A stretch of DNA of 64,000 nucleotides from the human T2T-CHM13v2.0 reference genome, Homo sapiens. The stretch is taken from NCBI RefSeq assembly GCF_009914755.1, contig NC_060944.1, one strand, 5' to 3'. The number at the start of each line of letters is the position of its first letter. The stretch's first letter is position 1. The notes beneath the pieces were generated by a model. The model searched no databases. It was given only the letters and a program-made list of their open reading frames with translations, and was not told where the DNA came from. The translations under genes and the position numbers were made by a program. Below are positions 15,678 to 34,662 of the stretch, piece by piece.

Positions 15678-16499
15678 CTGGGGAAAGAGCACAGGTGGCC
15701 CGAGGCTACTATAGAACTTGTTCTTCTTTTGTTTCTCCCCTCAACCCCCATACCGCCCCACCTCCTGGAATAAGAATAAGAACACCGCTTCCCTGAAAGA
15801 ACAGATGTTCCCTCTCTCAGGAACCTTGAGATTACCTCAGGCATAGACACCTGATGCTATCACATATGATTTCCTGAAAATAGAAAACTTCAAAAATGAA
15901 GATGCCTCTGACCCTTCTCCAGTGGGCAGATGAAATATTGTAATGATGTCATGGGTTGATGAATTTCTGTGCAAATTAAAATTTAGATTTAAAACCATCT
16001 CAAAAACCCAAGAGGACTTTTTCTTAGAACTTAACATAATTCTAAAATCTTTCTGGAAGAATAAACAAGTGGGAGTATTGAGGAACATTTTGTAAAAGAA
16101 CAATGCAGGGGGTCCGGGGCTAATGGCTCTATTACTAGATTGTAAAGGATACAATAAAGGAATGTGGTTCTTACACAAGATGGAACCCTACAGAAACCCA
16201 CAGGGCCAACTACAAACAACGACATTATCTCCTGGGCCCTCCCAAGATTCCTATAATGTACACAGGGCCACATTTGATCTCATAGTATTAATGAGATCAC
16301 TAGGGCTTATGTGGCTTCTTCCTCTCTGATTATTCATGTATTTCTTAAAGAGGCAGGGGCTTGAGGGCTCAGGGAAAAGCTTATGCCAGGGAACTATCTG
16401 TTTGGCTGCCAGCTAACATATTTCCGTTGTCAAAGATAGGTCCAGTCCCCTAAGAGATTCCTAGGGCTAATGCTCAGCAGTACCAAACTGCATTTTTTT

Positions 16500-16811
16500 T
16501 CTTTTACATTTTATTTTATTTATTTTTTTGAGACGGAGTCTCCCCCTGTTGCCCAGGCTGGAGTGCAGTGGCACAATCTAGGCTCACTGCAACCTCCACC
16601 CCCTGGGTTCCAGCGATTCTCCTGCTTCAGCCTCCCGGGTAGCTGGGATTTCAGGTGTGCACCACCCCCGCCGGCTAATTTTTGTAGTTTGAGTAGAGAT
16701 GGGGTTTCACCATGTTGGCCAGGCTGGGCTCGAACTCCTGACCTCAGGTGATCTGCCCGCCTCGGCCTCCCAAAGTGTTAGCATTACAGGTGTGAGCCAC
16801 TGCGCTCAGCC
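16500..16811 (-). mobile_element. Alu
   Basis: Antisense Alu consensus. Confidence 0.95.
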
Positions 16812-17462
16812 TCCAAACTCCATTTTTGCTGTGACTGTACTGCTTTGTGTCTGTGGCTTCTTCCTGAGACCCATGGAACCCTAGGCTTTGGCTTAGGATT
16901 CTAAGTGTGTATTCCCTGACCTCCTCTGCTTAGCCTCTCTTGTCTATCTCTGCTTCTCCTGACCTTGGCTGAACCTCTTAGTCTAAACTCTGTTTGCCTG
17001 ACTCCTTTCTGCTTAGCCAAAATATAGGTCTTAGTAAGTCCCCTCTCCTGGTTTGCCTGAAATCTCATGAGGTCAGATGTGATGTTAAGCTGAGTCTTGG
17101 CTTTGAGTTGGGTGCCTGAGAGACAAACTAAAAGTGGTGCTCTCACAAGTCATCTTGCCCTGAGAGAGTCCTAAGGGCCAATGGCTTTGCTCTTCACTTT
17201 GCAGCCTAAACTGTCCCGCTCATGGGTGAGGGTGTGTGTGGGAGGGAGGCAGTTGGCCCAGGCTGGCCCACCTCCAAAAAGAGGCGGAGGAGGAAGGCTG
17301 GCAGCTGGAGGTTAAAGAGGAACTGCACGCCCCAGCTAATTAAGTCAGCCTGCCAACTGCTAAACAATCAGAGCTGGGCTCAGAAAACATATTTGACCTC
17401 TCCTGCCTTCAGTTCTGAGCAGTTCTCAGCAGTCTGTTTCCTAGTAGGAAAGTTGTCAGCTA

Positions 17463-17917
<455 letters not shown>

Positions 17918-18278
17918 TTAAAAAGATCACAGTTCCCAAACTTTTATCACCAGTAGTCCCCTTTTCTTATTCTACTCATTCTAACCACAGGCCCTATGCT
18001 TTGAGAGTTTGTCTAAATTGAAATTGTAAGTCATTTTGCAGGCTTCCATTTTTAAGAAATTTTAAAAATCATGAGATAATTGACGAAAATTAATCTGCTC
18101 TACCAATGCAGTTTTTCAGTCAATACTGTGGAACCATATCTCTTAAAGGCAGAATAGGGAAGTAGAGAGAACATAGGCTTTAGAGGCAGATGAATTCTAT
18201 ACTTACCGGTTGTGTAACTTTGGGCAAGTTATTCAAACTCTCTTAGCCTCAGTTTGCTGTTGTATGAATTAAAACTAA

Positions 18279-18648
<370 letters not shown>

Positions 18649-19728
18649 TAATGATCCACACAGATTTTTAAAAACATTTTTCAGATCCATGATCTCATTT
18701 AATTCTCACTAACACCCCTTTAGGTATTATTATTACTCCTATTTTACAAATGAGGAAACTGAAGCTCAGAGAAGAACTAACTTGCCAAGGTCATGTGCTA
18801 TGTCAGCAGAAGAACCTATCTCACTCTCACAATGGGGGAAGCCAGTTCTGGCTCAGGTGCCACATAACTCCTACCTACCAGTGCCTAATTTTGGACACAC
18901 AAGTATTTTCTGTCCACGTTACTGACAGGCTGGCAGGCAAAACCCTCTGCAGCATTTGTCTGTCAGCAGTTCCCCAGCTGACCCATCCCCTGGCTTCACT
19001 CTCTTAAAATACAACCTAGCCAATATACTTGAAAGAATATTTGTCTGATGACTTCTAAATGCTTACAGTCTGAGGTTTCTTTGGGCTTAGTGAGGCTTAG
19101 CAAGGACAGAGAGGCTCCCTTGGAGGTAAGAGCATGATTAAGAGTGGAGGTTTTAGAGGGAGGTAGACTTTGGGATCTGCCACCAACTCATCACTTAGCC
19201 TTAACAATTCACTTCGTTTCTCAGAACCTCAGTTTCCTCATCTGTAAAATGAGGGAGTTGAACAGTATTGACCTCAGAGAGCTTATTATGAGAATTCAAT
19301 GAGATCCTGTATGTACAGAGCTTAGCACAAGGTGTAGCACTAGTAAGTGTACATTAAGGACTATTAATGCTATATTAACATTGCAATAACTGTTAGTATA
19401 GCGGCCCCTCGATGATCTGAAAATCACTTACCTAACATCTTCACTTGAGAAATAGGAAGAAAGCAAAAAATGCCTCTAAGCAGTTAAAAAGGATACCATA
19501 AAATTTCGTAGTCAAAGCTTATGCATTTACTCATCCAAGAGGCCCTCACACTCTTCAGACCCAATCATAACAATCTGGATCATTTGTTTTCCCAAACCAC
19601 AGCAAATCAGAAGGGAGGCATGGGCATGGGGGGTGGAGGATTCCAAATTCAAGCATACCAACAGCAGTCAAAAGTAAGAGCTGAGAATTGGGAAACAGAC
19701 AAGAAAACTATGAAGAAAATGAATGAGA

Positions 19729-20032
<304 letters not shown>

Positions 20033-20365
20033 CTAAGAACTTAAAGCCTAGCAGTCAGAGCTATTAGCGCAGGCAAACAGCCTTGCGTGCCTCTCTAACC
20101 CTAGGTAGCACTACTGTATTACAGCAAGCTGCAATTGTTGACAGTCATAATGATGACCTCCACTCAATAAGAAAAAGTTAAATCATAGTCAGCATCTGTT
20201 ATTTAAGAAGGAAACCTTAAAATAATTTTGGCATGTAAAGGTATAAGTTTCTATTCCTAGAAAAATCCCCTTATTCTCTAATGATGGCTGGCAAGAAAAG
20301 AAGTTGCTAAACCCATGAATGCTGAAACTAAAGCAGGATCCTCCTGCTACCTTTTCACACCCTTA

Positions 20366-20587
<222 letters not shown>

Positions 20588-21104
20588 CTAAAAAGCATCC
20601 TCCCATCACATTCCTGTAAGATCCACTTCAGGTTGGAATATGCTGGGCTGCCCTAACCTTGGCCCCTGGTGTATATGCCTGGAGGAGACCTGAGAGCCTC
20701 TGTCCCCACCCCAACCTACCCTAGTGTCCCAGTGAGCTGGAGCCCCTTACTCTGGGCCTCCAGGTGCTGTCTGGAATCCTGCTGCAGACCATCTAAAATC
20801 ATTGCAACCTGGAGCATCACTGCTGGCTAGAAATGGATGCTACCAGGCCCAGCCCCCAGACAGAAGTCCCTGCATTCCTCTCTCTGGGGCTCTCAAGATA
20901 TTGTTCCCTCTGCCTGTACAATGGAGGGACAGGACTAGATGAGCTATGAGGTCCTTTTTCTCCCTGACATACCAAGGATCTCATTACAAGTGGAAACTGC
21001 TGTCGGGGTGGCCAGGGGCAACATGTGACCCGGGGCCCAGGAAAGCACAATCATAGCTGGAGTTCCCTGGCCTAGCCAGTGACTGTACACCCATCAGCAT
21101 GTCA

Positions 21105-21335
<231 letters not shown>

Positions 21336-21515
21336 CTAGCCACAGAGCACACAGGTACCATGAACTCTACACAGAGATTAGAGGTACCAGCAAACACTCC
21401 CAAGCCCAGTGGAATCATTCTTCTGGTCATCCTAGAATTGGTCACTGGGATAAACCCAGTGAGGACCAGTGAGAGGCAGATTCCCATGAGCTGAGGGCCT
21501 GGACCAAATTCTTCA

Positions 21516-21692
<177 letters not shown>

Positions 21693-23241
21693 TTAATTGG
21701 ACCTAAAATTTCAAGGAGTCCCATCCTCAGTCATTGACTCCTGAATCCTCTCTGAGTCTACTGGCCAAAACTTGAATGTCCGCCCCAATGTGGTAGAGAA
21801 CAGTGGCTAAGAATCCAACTCTAGACCTGGGTTCAAATCCTAGCTCTACCACTCACTAGTAGGCAACCTCAGGGAATCATTTCACCTCTCTGTGTCTCAG
21901 TTTGCTGATCTTTAAAATGGAGAATATAATTATATTTATATCATAGAGTTGTGGTAAAAAGCCAATAAGATATTACATTCAAAGAATTGAACATACTGCA
22001 CCGAAGAAGAGCTAGAAAATGACATGATGTATCTATTCTACTTGAATAGCTCTGATGGTTGGCAAGCCTTCTGGTTGACCTAATACTAACTCTCCATAGC
22101 TTTTCCTACCCTCTGCGACCTCCCAGGGTGAGCCTTCTCCTCCTCCTCCACAGCAGCCCTTGGAGATTAGAAGACAGCAGTTATGCCCTGTGCACCAATA
22201 AGATTTTTCTGACCCAAGCTAAATATCCTGGGTTTTTTTTGTTTGTTTGTTTCTTCTTCAACTAGTCCTCATATGATGTGATTTCCTCAGGGAAGCCTTC
22301 CCTATCTGAGTCAGATCCCCCTACTATGTGTTCTCATAGAACTAAGAACCACTCCTTTACAGCACTGACTGCAGTTGCAATTTTACATTTTCTTTGTGTG
22401 ATGATTAGTGTCATCTCTCCTGTTTGACTATAAACCTCATGAAGGTAATGGCTGTGTCTATGCAGGCTCATCGTCACAGCTCAGTGTACTGCCATGACAT
22501 GTGACATGTGTTAGGGGCCTATCCAGTATGGTTTTCTGAAGTCTCAACAAGAGCCACAGTAAGAAGGAATCCACAGGTGATTAACATCACACTTACTGCC
22601 CTTTGAGATTCAGGGTGGATTCTGCACACCTGCTCAAGCCTGAATCACCTTGTTACAGAAACGTCACAGCAGACCAGTGGGGGGAAGCCAAGTAGCCCAG
22701 GCCTGCCCTGAAGTTCCTCTGCTCCTCAGCCAGCTCTCTCCCAAGGGTGAGCTCTCTCATGCCAGCCCTTGGTTAGGAGGAGAGTCCCAGCTGGGCTTCA
22801 GCCTCCAAGGAAGTTGAGACACACTTTCCTTTTTCTGAAGAGGTGCTCCCCTTCATGTTTTGTAGGGGGCTCTTCTCCCTTAGGAACTAGGGTTTATATG
22901 TGTATGAGAGGAGAGAGGAACAGAGAAGGCAGGGGTTGCAAAGATGAGCTGCAAGTCTCCTTCATAATTGCATCATTAGGGTTATAAGCCAGGCTGCTCA
23001 TGTTTCCCACAATCCAGGATTGCAGGTACAAAGCTGGGCCCATTCCAAGAAACAGCTCAGGGGCAAGGTGGTGGGCAGATTCATACATTCATGACTCATT
23101 GGGTTTTTGGCTACAAGTCAATGGTTTCCAAGCTTCTTACCATTATGACCCCTTCTCATATTCACCCACACATTTTTAAAAGATTTTGTCTCCAACAAAA
23201 GTCTAATTTCTGTTGAAAAATTAATCAAAGACATGCAATTA

Positions 23242-23581
23242 CAGGTTGGATATCCCTTATCCGAAATGCTTGGGACCAGAAGTCTTTCGGATTTTGGAAG
23301 ATTTGCATATACGTAATGAGACATCTTGGGGATGGGACTCAAGTCTAAACACAAAATTCATTTGTTTCATATACACCTTATACTCATAGCCTGAAGATTA
23401 TTTTATACAATATTTTAATTAATTTTGTGCATGAAACAAACTTTTGACTGTGTTTTGACTGCACCTGTCACATGACATCAGGCGTGGCGTTTTCCACTGG
23501 TAGAGTCATGTGGTGTTCAACAAGTTTTGAATTTTGGAGCATTTCAGCTTTTGGATTTTTGGATTAGGGATGCTCAACCTG
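23242..23581. mobile_element. Tigger4/MER46-type non-autonomous DNA transposon
   Basis: Terminal inverted repeats CAGGTTGGATATCCCTTATCC / GGATTAGGGATGCTCAACCTG flanked by TA duplications. Confidence 0.85.
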
Positions 23582-23639
23582 TACAGTATATACACATCTA
23601 GCATGTATATGTAAATACATAATATTTCTAGATATTTAA

Positions 23640-23986
<347 letters not shown>

Positions 23987-24606
23987 TAATTCTAAAATAA
24001 ATAAAGAAATTTTAAGAAATTGCCCCAGAATCTGAAGAAAAAAAAAAAAAGATCAAGGGAAAGAGACAGAGAAGGGCGGATGGGCTGAACCATTTCAGAG
24101 GTTGCTTCCTCATGCCCTGAGTGTGGCCCAGTCTGTACCCCATCCCATCCAAAGATGAGAGGCCTGAGGTGACAAGAAAGTGTCGCTGCTTAGGAGAAGT
24201 AGAAAATCTGACTTTAACCCAATAACCTTCCCTACCTCTGTTTTCCTCCAAAACCAGGCTGACTTCCCCTAATTCCAAATGGAAATATCAGTCTTCAAAG
24301 TAGGGTGTCACGGATTACAGAATGTCAACAATAAAAGGGATCTTGGATTTAAGCCAGTCTCTTCATTTTTCAGATGAAGAAACCTTAGGCCCAGAGAAGG
24401 AAAGGGAGTGGCTTGAGGCCATATAAATAACTGGTCGAGCCAGGATTAGAAGCCAGCTTTCCTGACTCCTATGACTTTTTGTTCTTTGGAGGTACCTTTC
24501 CTCTATCCCACCAAGTCAGCTGACACAGTAACACCTCACGGCTCTGCAATCTTCCAGTTCCTTGGCTCTGGCAGCTCCTGGCCCCCCAATGCTTCACTGT
24601 CCCCTA

Positions 24607-24759
<153 letters not shown>

Positions 24760-25133
24760 TCAAGAAGAGAGAATGGGACAGGGGTAGGGCACCTGTGAAC
24801 GGGTTGTCTTCCTGCAAATGGAATCCCATGGAAAGTCTGGCCTATATTTACTGAGGACACACCAACTGTAGATTAGTGGTTACCTTGGGAGAGTGGAAGG
24901 GGGAGAGTGGAACCCAGAGAGCTTCCAGATTCTGTGATAGTTTATCTCTACGTATTGAAGAGAGAGAAGCAAAAAAGCAAAATGCAAATAACAAAAAGAA
25001 ACCCACAAGTTATTGAGCACTTACTATGTGCAAGGTACTATTTTAAATACTTTACATAGATTCATCATTCAGCCCTGTGAGGAAGATACTATTATTATCC
25101 ACACTTAACAGAGACGGGACCTGAGAAAGAGAG

Positions 25134-25252
25134 GTTAACAGATCCAAAATTATATTCAGCTAGGAACTGGTGCTGGGATTTGAACCAGAACAGTTAACAG
25201 ATCCAAAATTATATTCAGCTAGTAACGGGGTGCTGGGATTTGAACCAGGATG
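25134..25252 (+). repeat. Tandem duplication of a ~59-bp unit within a MIR-like element
   Basis: GTTAACAGATCCAAAATTATATTCAGCTAG..GGTGCTGGGATTTGAACCAG occurs twice head-to-tail. Confidence 0.9.
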
Positions 25253-25749
25253 GTTACTAAACACAACACACACATACATACATGGAAGCCTGCTCCTTGC
25301 TGGTTGATGTTCAAGCCCAGGCCCTTCCATGCATCAGGAGCTCACACTCCAGTTTCCTTGCCTTTTGATTTTGATTTGGTTACTGGGTAGGACAAGTGAA
25401 CTCTGGTTCCCTTAGTAGAAGCCAGGAGTGTTTTTTCCACCAATGTTAGTGATGGTGACTCAGGTTAACAGGCCTAGAGTTCAGCTGCATTCCGCATTCT
25501 TTGGACTTTATCATAGACGAGAAACCCAAATACCATCAAGGACACTGATTCTAGAAGGGAAAAGTGCATTCTGAGATCCCTGCCAACAACTGAACTAGAA
25601 CTTGGGTAAGAGATGAAAAGAAAATCTTGTGACTTGTATTATAAAGCATTCCTGAGTTTAACCTTTGAGTTAATATCAGTTTGTCATTATGGTGGTATAA
25701 GTTTACGGTGTTAGAACTTGGTATTTAGATATTTATTTTTAAAGTACTA

Positions 25750-26067
<318 letters not shown>

Positions 26068-27158
26068 TAATACAAATACATGATACAAAATTCAAAAGAG
26101 ACATAAGAATATATAGTGAGAAGTATGTCTCACTCTCATTCCAGTCTCCTGGGGAAAAGACTGGGCCCCAGCCACCCAGTTCTCCTCCCCAGAGGCAAAT
26201 GACAGACTAGTGTCTCACACATCCTTCCAGTCATCTTTGTATTGATATATATGTATACACATATATTTTCTCTTTTTTTCACCCCCATAGCAAACTATAC
26301 TACATTGTGCTTTTTAAATATTTCCTTATATGTTCAAATAGAGCATTTTCATTATTTTTAATTGCTGTATATTATTCTACTCTTAGGATATACCATAATT
26401 TATTGAATCTAGTATATAGGTGGTTTCTTTATTTTCCTATTACCATTAATGTTTCAATGGGTATCCTAGAATATACATTCTAGATATTTTCATATATGAG
26501 AAAGTCCATACATTCTAAATTTCTAAAAGTAAAAATATCAAGTAATTCAGGTAAATCTATTTTAAATTTTGGTAGATAATTTCTAAATTACCCTTCTCAG
26601 CATCTTTTTTTTTTTTTTTTGGAGTGGGGTCTTACTATGTTGCCCAGACTGGAATACAGTGGCTATTCATAGGTGCCATCATAGTGCACTATAGCCTCAA
26701 ATTCCTGGGCTCAAGCAATCCTCCTGTCTCAGCCTCCCCAGTAGCTGAGACTGCAGGTGTGTACCACTGCCCTGGCCTCAGCATCTAAGATAAAACTGAG
26801 GAAGGCTATTTGTGAGAATAAGGTTTATTCAGTCTGAAGCCTTTATGAGTTAGAATGGGAATGACTGCAGATTACATAAGGGGTGACCTAATACCCTGAG
26901 TAGCTATGTGATGACTACAGGAGCATTTCCTTGGCTTGAACACATAGAGCTCTGCTGCCCCCAACAAGTCTCATCTTGGCCTCAAAAACTCAGAGTTTTT
27001 CTGCTAAGACATCCCTCTGCCTCTGTCCCAGGGCTCATTATGCCCTCCTGAATTTAGGATCAATAGTTTATAGCTGTTCTCTGCTATCTACAGGCTAAAG
27101 GCTGAAACACACAGTCTTCTCACTTTTGATAGAGACATTAACATAAAATGACATTACT

Positions 27159-27478
<320 letters not shown>

Positions 27479-28651
27479 CTATAGCACGTGCATGACAAAA
27501 TTCTGCTTTGTAGCCAGGAAGCAACAGGGAGTGATAGGAATTGTGGCAAAAAGAAGTACTTGCATCTTCTCTAAAGGGGGCAGCCAGAACTCTGCTCTAG
27601 CCAATTGTTGCCATGCAGGAAAGTAGGCCAGAGTTGCCAGATGATATAATTTTTCAAGACAAGTTGGGTTGCTAGATTTTTTGTTTTAATTTCATGATTT
27701 TTTTTTTTAAATGTTGGCTCTGACTTTTTAAAAATACTCTGGTGAAAACAACTGTTAACAATGCTTGCCCCTGGTCAGGGAAACAGTGGCTGGAGGAAGG
27801 GGACTTACTCTGTACTGAATACCCTTTTGAATTTTGCGCCCTGTTCAAATGTATTTGAACGTATTACTTATTGTAAAAAACAAATTAACTCCCCAAACAC
27901 TGCAGGAGCCAAATACTCAGCCTAGATATGGCTAGTTTGCAGCTCTGATCTACAGGATAAAGTTCATACTCCTCCTCCACCCAGTAGCTAAGGCCCCGCG
28001 GCTGTCTGACGCTGGCCTGCCTTCTTTCCCACTATATCCACTTATGCGCCCTGCATTTCAGCTGCATTCTCTTGAACATTTTTTTTTTTTTTTGCCTTTT
28101 CCTACTTTTGGGTCCTTGCTATGCTGTTCCTTTTCCCTATTTGTCTTTTAAGGTCTAGTTCAAATACCACCCCCCATCTCAATCATCTAATCATAATGAA
28201 CTACTCTTTCTTCCAGCTGTCCTATATAGTATCTTGGGAGAGGAAAAAAAGCATGGATGTTCAGAGCATGGACTCAGGAGCCAAATTCCTTGGGTTCACA
28301 TCCTGGCTCTGCCAATTATTTTACCATTTAAATAACCTCAGGTAGGTTACTTAGCCTCTCTGGGCTTCGGTTTCCTTATCTCTGTTGTGGTGAGGAGTCA
28401 GTGATTCCAAAGTGTTTAGAATAATGCCTGGCACATACTAAATACTCAATAAATGATAGTTAACTTTGTGTAGCAGACTGCCTGTGTTTCCTCATAGAGC
28501 TGATGTTATTTAATTTTGTTTTGTGGTATGTTCTCTAACTAGACCAGGAGCCCCAGAGGCTAGGGCTCTGGCTGACTCACCTCTCTGTCCTCAGTGCCTA
28601 CAATGGCCCGGCATAGAGCAGGCATTTGGTAAAGATTTGGAGTAAAATCAT

Positions 28652-28690
<39 letters not shown>

Positions 28691-28701
28691 TACACACACA
28701 C
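28652..28701 (+). repeat. (TC)n(CA)n compound microsatellite
   Basis: Seen directly. Confidence 0.95.
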
Positions 28702-29113
28702 GTACACTTTCTGACTTTTTTTCTGGATTAGAAATCTCATTGTGGATTACGCCTTTTCTAGGCTCCATAACCTCCCAGAAAGACCAAGTGTTGGATCTTC
28801 ACATGGTACCTATTGATTAACAGAAGAAACAAAAGCGTGGAAGAGAAAATGCTTCATTTTAGATTCATACAAGTAATTCACAAAATCTAGGTTCACAGCC
28901 CAAGCAATTCTATTCCATACCATCAGCCTGCCTTAGGTGACAGACATTGTCATTTACTTGGGCCTTAGCAAACAATTACTGAGTGTGGACTCCATCAGGC
29001 CTGTGTAGGTTCTGGGCACACAGAGACAAAAAAGAATGGGTCTGGCTAAAAAAAGAAGAGATGTTGGCAGCTCTTTAGTCACCAATATGGTCTTAAGGTG
29101 TACTGTTAAGTTA

Positions 29114-29443
<330 letters not shown>

Positions 29444-30369
29444 TTACTTGTTATGAATAAGCCATCTGAAAGGATCAACAAGAAACCAAAACACAAGCTG
29501 CATTAGGGTAAACTCTTGTACCATTTGAATTTGAACCATGAAAATGTCTTACCTAGTCACCAAATTAAAAAAGATTTTATTTTTTTATTTTTTTTTCTTC
29601 CCTAAGGATGAGGTTTTAAAAAGGTGTGGTTTGGACTCAGCAGTTCTACTTTTACGTATTGAACCTGGAGAAACACTCACATAGGTGCCCCAACAGACAT
29701 ATGCATGGATGTTCCCTATAATGCTATTTATGGTCATAAAATAATGAGAAATCACCTAAATAGACATGAGTAGAGGGAAGCTAAACTGTGATACACCCAC
29801 ATCTGGAATACTATGCCTCAGAATGAAGATGACCCTAATAGAAGGCATTAGAAAGTTCTAAGACAGACAAATAAAAAACCAAAAACATATCATAGAATAA
29901 TATATATGATACAATTTGTTTTTTAAAAAAGACGTATTTCTATATATACCTATCTATGTATATAAATGCACAGAGAAAGGCTTGAAAGCATATATCACAA
30001 ACCAGTTACAGAGAAGGTAGAGTGATTATGGGGTTTTCAGTAATAGCTCACTGGGCAAAGTGCTTCACATGAATCATCCTGTAATTCTCTTACCAAACCA
30101 GTGAGGTAGGTCCTATTATTATCCCATTTTTACACCTGAAGAAACTGCAGCTGAGAGCGGTTAAGTAATTTGCCTAAGTCACACTTCAAACCCCATATTT
30201 AAATTTGATTACTCCAGGACACTGCCTTTTTATTTTCTACTTCTAGAGATCAATTTTAGTTACTGGAAAAAATAAGGCAAAAGAGATATGGTCCCTGATG
30301 CAAAGGAGTGACCCTCAGCCTGGCCGGGGCCAGACAGTGGGCCATGGTGAATGCTGTGGGGAGGAGCTA

Positions 30370-30672
<303 letters not shown>

Positions 30673-31094
30673 TTAACAACTTCCATGTGCACAAAATAGA
30701 AAGCTTGACAAAGCATTTCCATTGCCACTCTCTCTTTTGATTCCCAACACAATGGCATTATTCTCACAGTAAGGAAGCAGAGGCTTGGAGAGGTGAAATG
30801 ACTTGCCCGAGGTGATGACTGGTATAGCCTGGACTTGAACCCATGTCTCTGGACTCCCAGCCTAAAGGCTCTTCATTGGAGAAAGAAGCACTAATATCAG
30901 ATGTGACTGGGGCAAGTTCCTTCCCTTCCCAGAGCTACAGATTCCCTAACTGTGAAACAAGAAGAATCGGATAGATCAGTTTCCAAACCTGGCTGAACAT
31001 TCTGGGGAGCTGGGAAAGAATACAGATTCCTGGGCCCCATCCCAGAGACTCTGATGCAAGAGGCCTGATGGGAAGGAGGGGTTGAGGCTTTGTA

Positions 31095-31389
31095 TTTTTT
31101 TTTTTTTGATATGGAGTCTCACTCAGTCGCCTAGGCTGGAGTTCAGTGGCTCGATCTTGGCTCACTGCAACCTCCGCCTCCTGGGTTCAAGTAATTCTCC
31201 CGCCTCAGCCTCCCTGAGTAGCTGGGATTACAGGCACACACCACCACGCCTGGCTAATTTTTTGTATTTTAGTAGAGACGGGGTTTCACCGTGTTAGCCA
31301 GGATGATCTTGATCTTCTGACCTTGTGATCCACACGCCTCGACCTCCCAAAGTACTGGGATTACAGGCGTGAGCCATCACACCCAGCCG
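31095..31389 (-). mobile_element. Alu inserted in a MER5-like element; TSD GAGGCTTTGTATTTTT
   Basis: TSD on both sides; MER5-like GATTCCTGGGCCCCATCCCAGAGACTCTGAT upstream. Confidence 0.9.
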
Positions 31390-32150
31390 AGGCTTTGTAT
31401 TTTTAACAAGTTTTCCTGGGATAGGAGTCACTGCAGTACATTATTAATTCCCTTCAAGCTCCAACAACTCATGTCAGCAGATCTCAAATAAATTACATGG
31501 GAAGGGGGAGGGAGCTCTTTGTGGAATACCATGAAATGCGAATAAGGTGAACTCCTCCCTTATACAAACCAGAAGGAATCTTAGTAGCAGGAAATGACTA
31601 CATTCCATATATGGACATTTATCATCAAAGCACCAAAAGACAGAAAATATTTTTGAGAAATCACATTAGCAAGATGGAAATTGCTGAAACCCAAGTGTCC
31701 AATGTAATAGGAGAAGTTGTCTGATTGGTTGCCCAGAGACATACAGAGGTGTACAAACTCACACCCTGATACTCATTCATTTTTCAGCAGGCCTCAGGAG
31801 TTTAAGATCTGGGTAAAAATCTGGAAACACAGTCACTAATTTTGTTCTGCCCTGTTGCCATTTAACAGAACATGGTTGCCCAACTCAGTGGTCCCCAGGA
31901 AGGGAGTTAGAGAATAATAGGAAACCTCCATCACATTCAGCTCTGTCCCCCTGTCCCCATGACAGAGCCAGTGCCAGGCCAATTATGAAAGTCTGCCAGC
32001 CTCAGCACAATGCTTTGAAAGAATGCGCATGTGATCTCAAGAGGGTCCTGATAATATCCCTGTTGAGTGAGACATACATGAGGGCAATCATAGTAAAGAA
32101 CAAGGTTCAAGTCAGACAGACAGACAGACCTGGGTTTGAGTCCATAATAA

Positions 32151-32561
<411 letters not shown>

Positions 32562-32833
32562 GACTTCCCTTTCAAGTAAGATTGCTGTGTGGATTAAAAG
32601 AGAAAAATCAGTGTGAAATTTATCAGCAGTGTTTGAAGCTCTATACATGAGACCATTTTTTGGCTGTACTCTCTTTATAGGTAGGAGGAGACTTGTCAGA
32701 GGTCACACAGAAGCCTAGTGGCAGAGCCAGGACAAGAACCCATTACCTTGACATTAGAGTAATGAAACCCTCCATGAGCCCCCATCGTTCCACAACTCTG
32801 AAATTCCAACATCTGTTTGCTGTTGGGCTTTTA

Positions 32834-33282
<449 letters not shown>

Positions 33283-34381
33283 TCATTCTACAGCCTCAAC
33301 CCTCCCTTGGCTTTATTTATGTTTTGCTGATGACATTCAAATCTACATCTTCACAGCAATACTTTCCTACCTTCAAACTAGAATATCCAATTTTTTCCTG
33401 CGAGTCTCCATACAACCAGAATAGAATTTGTTGTTGTCTCCCACAAATCTGCTTCTCCTCTGATGAACCCCACCCAGGTACCCAAGCCTTGAGTACTTGT
33501 TTCCTACATCTCACTCTCCCCAAATCCTATGGATTTTGCTGCCTAAGTATATAGTACTTTGAATTCCTTTATTTATCTCCATTTCCAGAGTTTGTAGCCT
33601 AGCCCCGGCCACTGTCATCTCTTCCCTGGGCGTGAAACAGATTCAGAGTCAGGTGTCTTCAGTGACCAGGATATGTTGGCCTCTGTCCCCCTTCCAGGAC
33701 TTGGCACGTGCTGTCTTCTCTTTGGAACTCTCGCCACCACTCCTGATCTGGGCTCGCGATTTCGTTCCGGAAGCTGTCCCTGTTCTCCGCCCCGGGCTTC
33801 TACATTCTACAGCCCATCACTTTTCCCTGTACCGTAGGAACAGTGTTTGTCTTGATCACTTCTCTACCTAGTAATTAGCCGCGCTTAGTACTGTATTCAT
33901 TCATCACATGAATGAATGAAGAATGAATGACAGACGGGTCAGATCACCGAAAGCCTCAAAACGCCCACAAGGAAATCGGTCGCACTTTATCGCCAGGACT
34001 TAGGCCAGTGCCTGGAAAGGCCCCGAGGCAACGACACGGTCGGCTGCCCAGGCTGGCCCCACTTCACGGGCCCGCTCGCTTCCACCCTGGACAAAGTTTG
34101 GCCCTAATCGCTCCCCGTTGTAGCTCTAACTGGCTCCAGTCTCACTGGCCTACATGCCCCGACACCGGCCCGATCTAAAGGCAGAAGATCCGGAAAGTCT
34201 GGGATCAGTGCGCGCCAGCCCAACCCCCTCACTAGACACTAGTTGCCCCGCTCCTACGAAGGGTTTCAGCCACAAGGTCTCCCGGCCTCCGGAATTCCAA
34301 TCTCTTGCCAGACCCCTCCCTCACATCGTTCCTCCCGAGGAAACGTGACCCATGCCGGCCGCCGTGGCCGCCCCAACCTAC

Positions 34382-34440
34382 TAGTTCGCCTTTCCTCCGC
34401 GAACGGTTCTCCCGGCCCTCGCGCCGCTACCCAGGCTCAG
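34382..34440 (-). other. GSS: GSS non-coding exon 1 (5' end approximate)
   Basis: Donor GAACTA|GTAGGT within the CpG island, GC box immediately upstream; agrees with my recollection of the GSS 5' UTR. Confidence 0.75.
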
Positions 34441-34519
34441 GGGGCGGGGCCTCGATGCGACCCAGTGCGCTTGCGCTGACCGCCCCGGCTAGGCTTAAAG
34501 AGCAGGCGGGGCAGAGACC

Positions 34520-34662
34520 CATACCTTTGGCGCTGAGTCGAGGCCAGGAAGGGGCGGTCGATGAGAGGGCGGCCTTAGCATTAGGAGTGCGTCGGCTGCA
34601 CCCTGGCGGATGGACCTTGGGAAGGAGGGGAGGGGACCATCGGGGTCGGCGGGGAGCTACGG
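34520..34662 (+). other. MYH7B: Candidate MYH7B long-isoform non-coding exon 1
   Basis: Plus-strand donor CGG|GTATGC at 34662/34663; I recall MYH7B being annotated to start next to the GSS promoter; start approximate. Confidence 0.45.
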
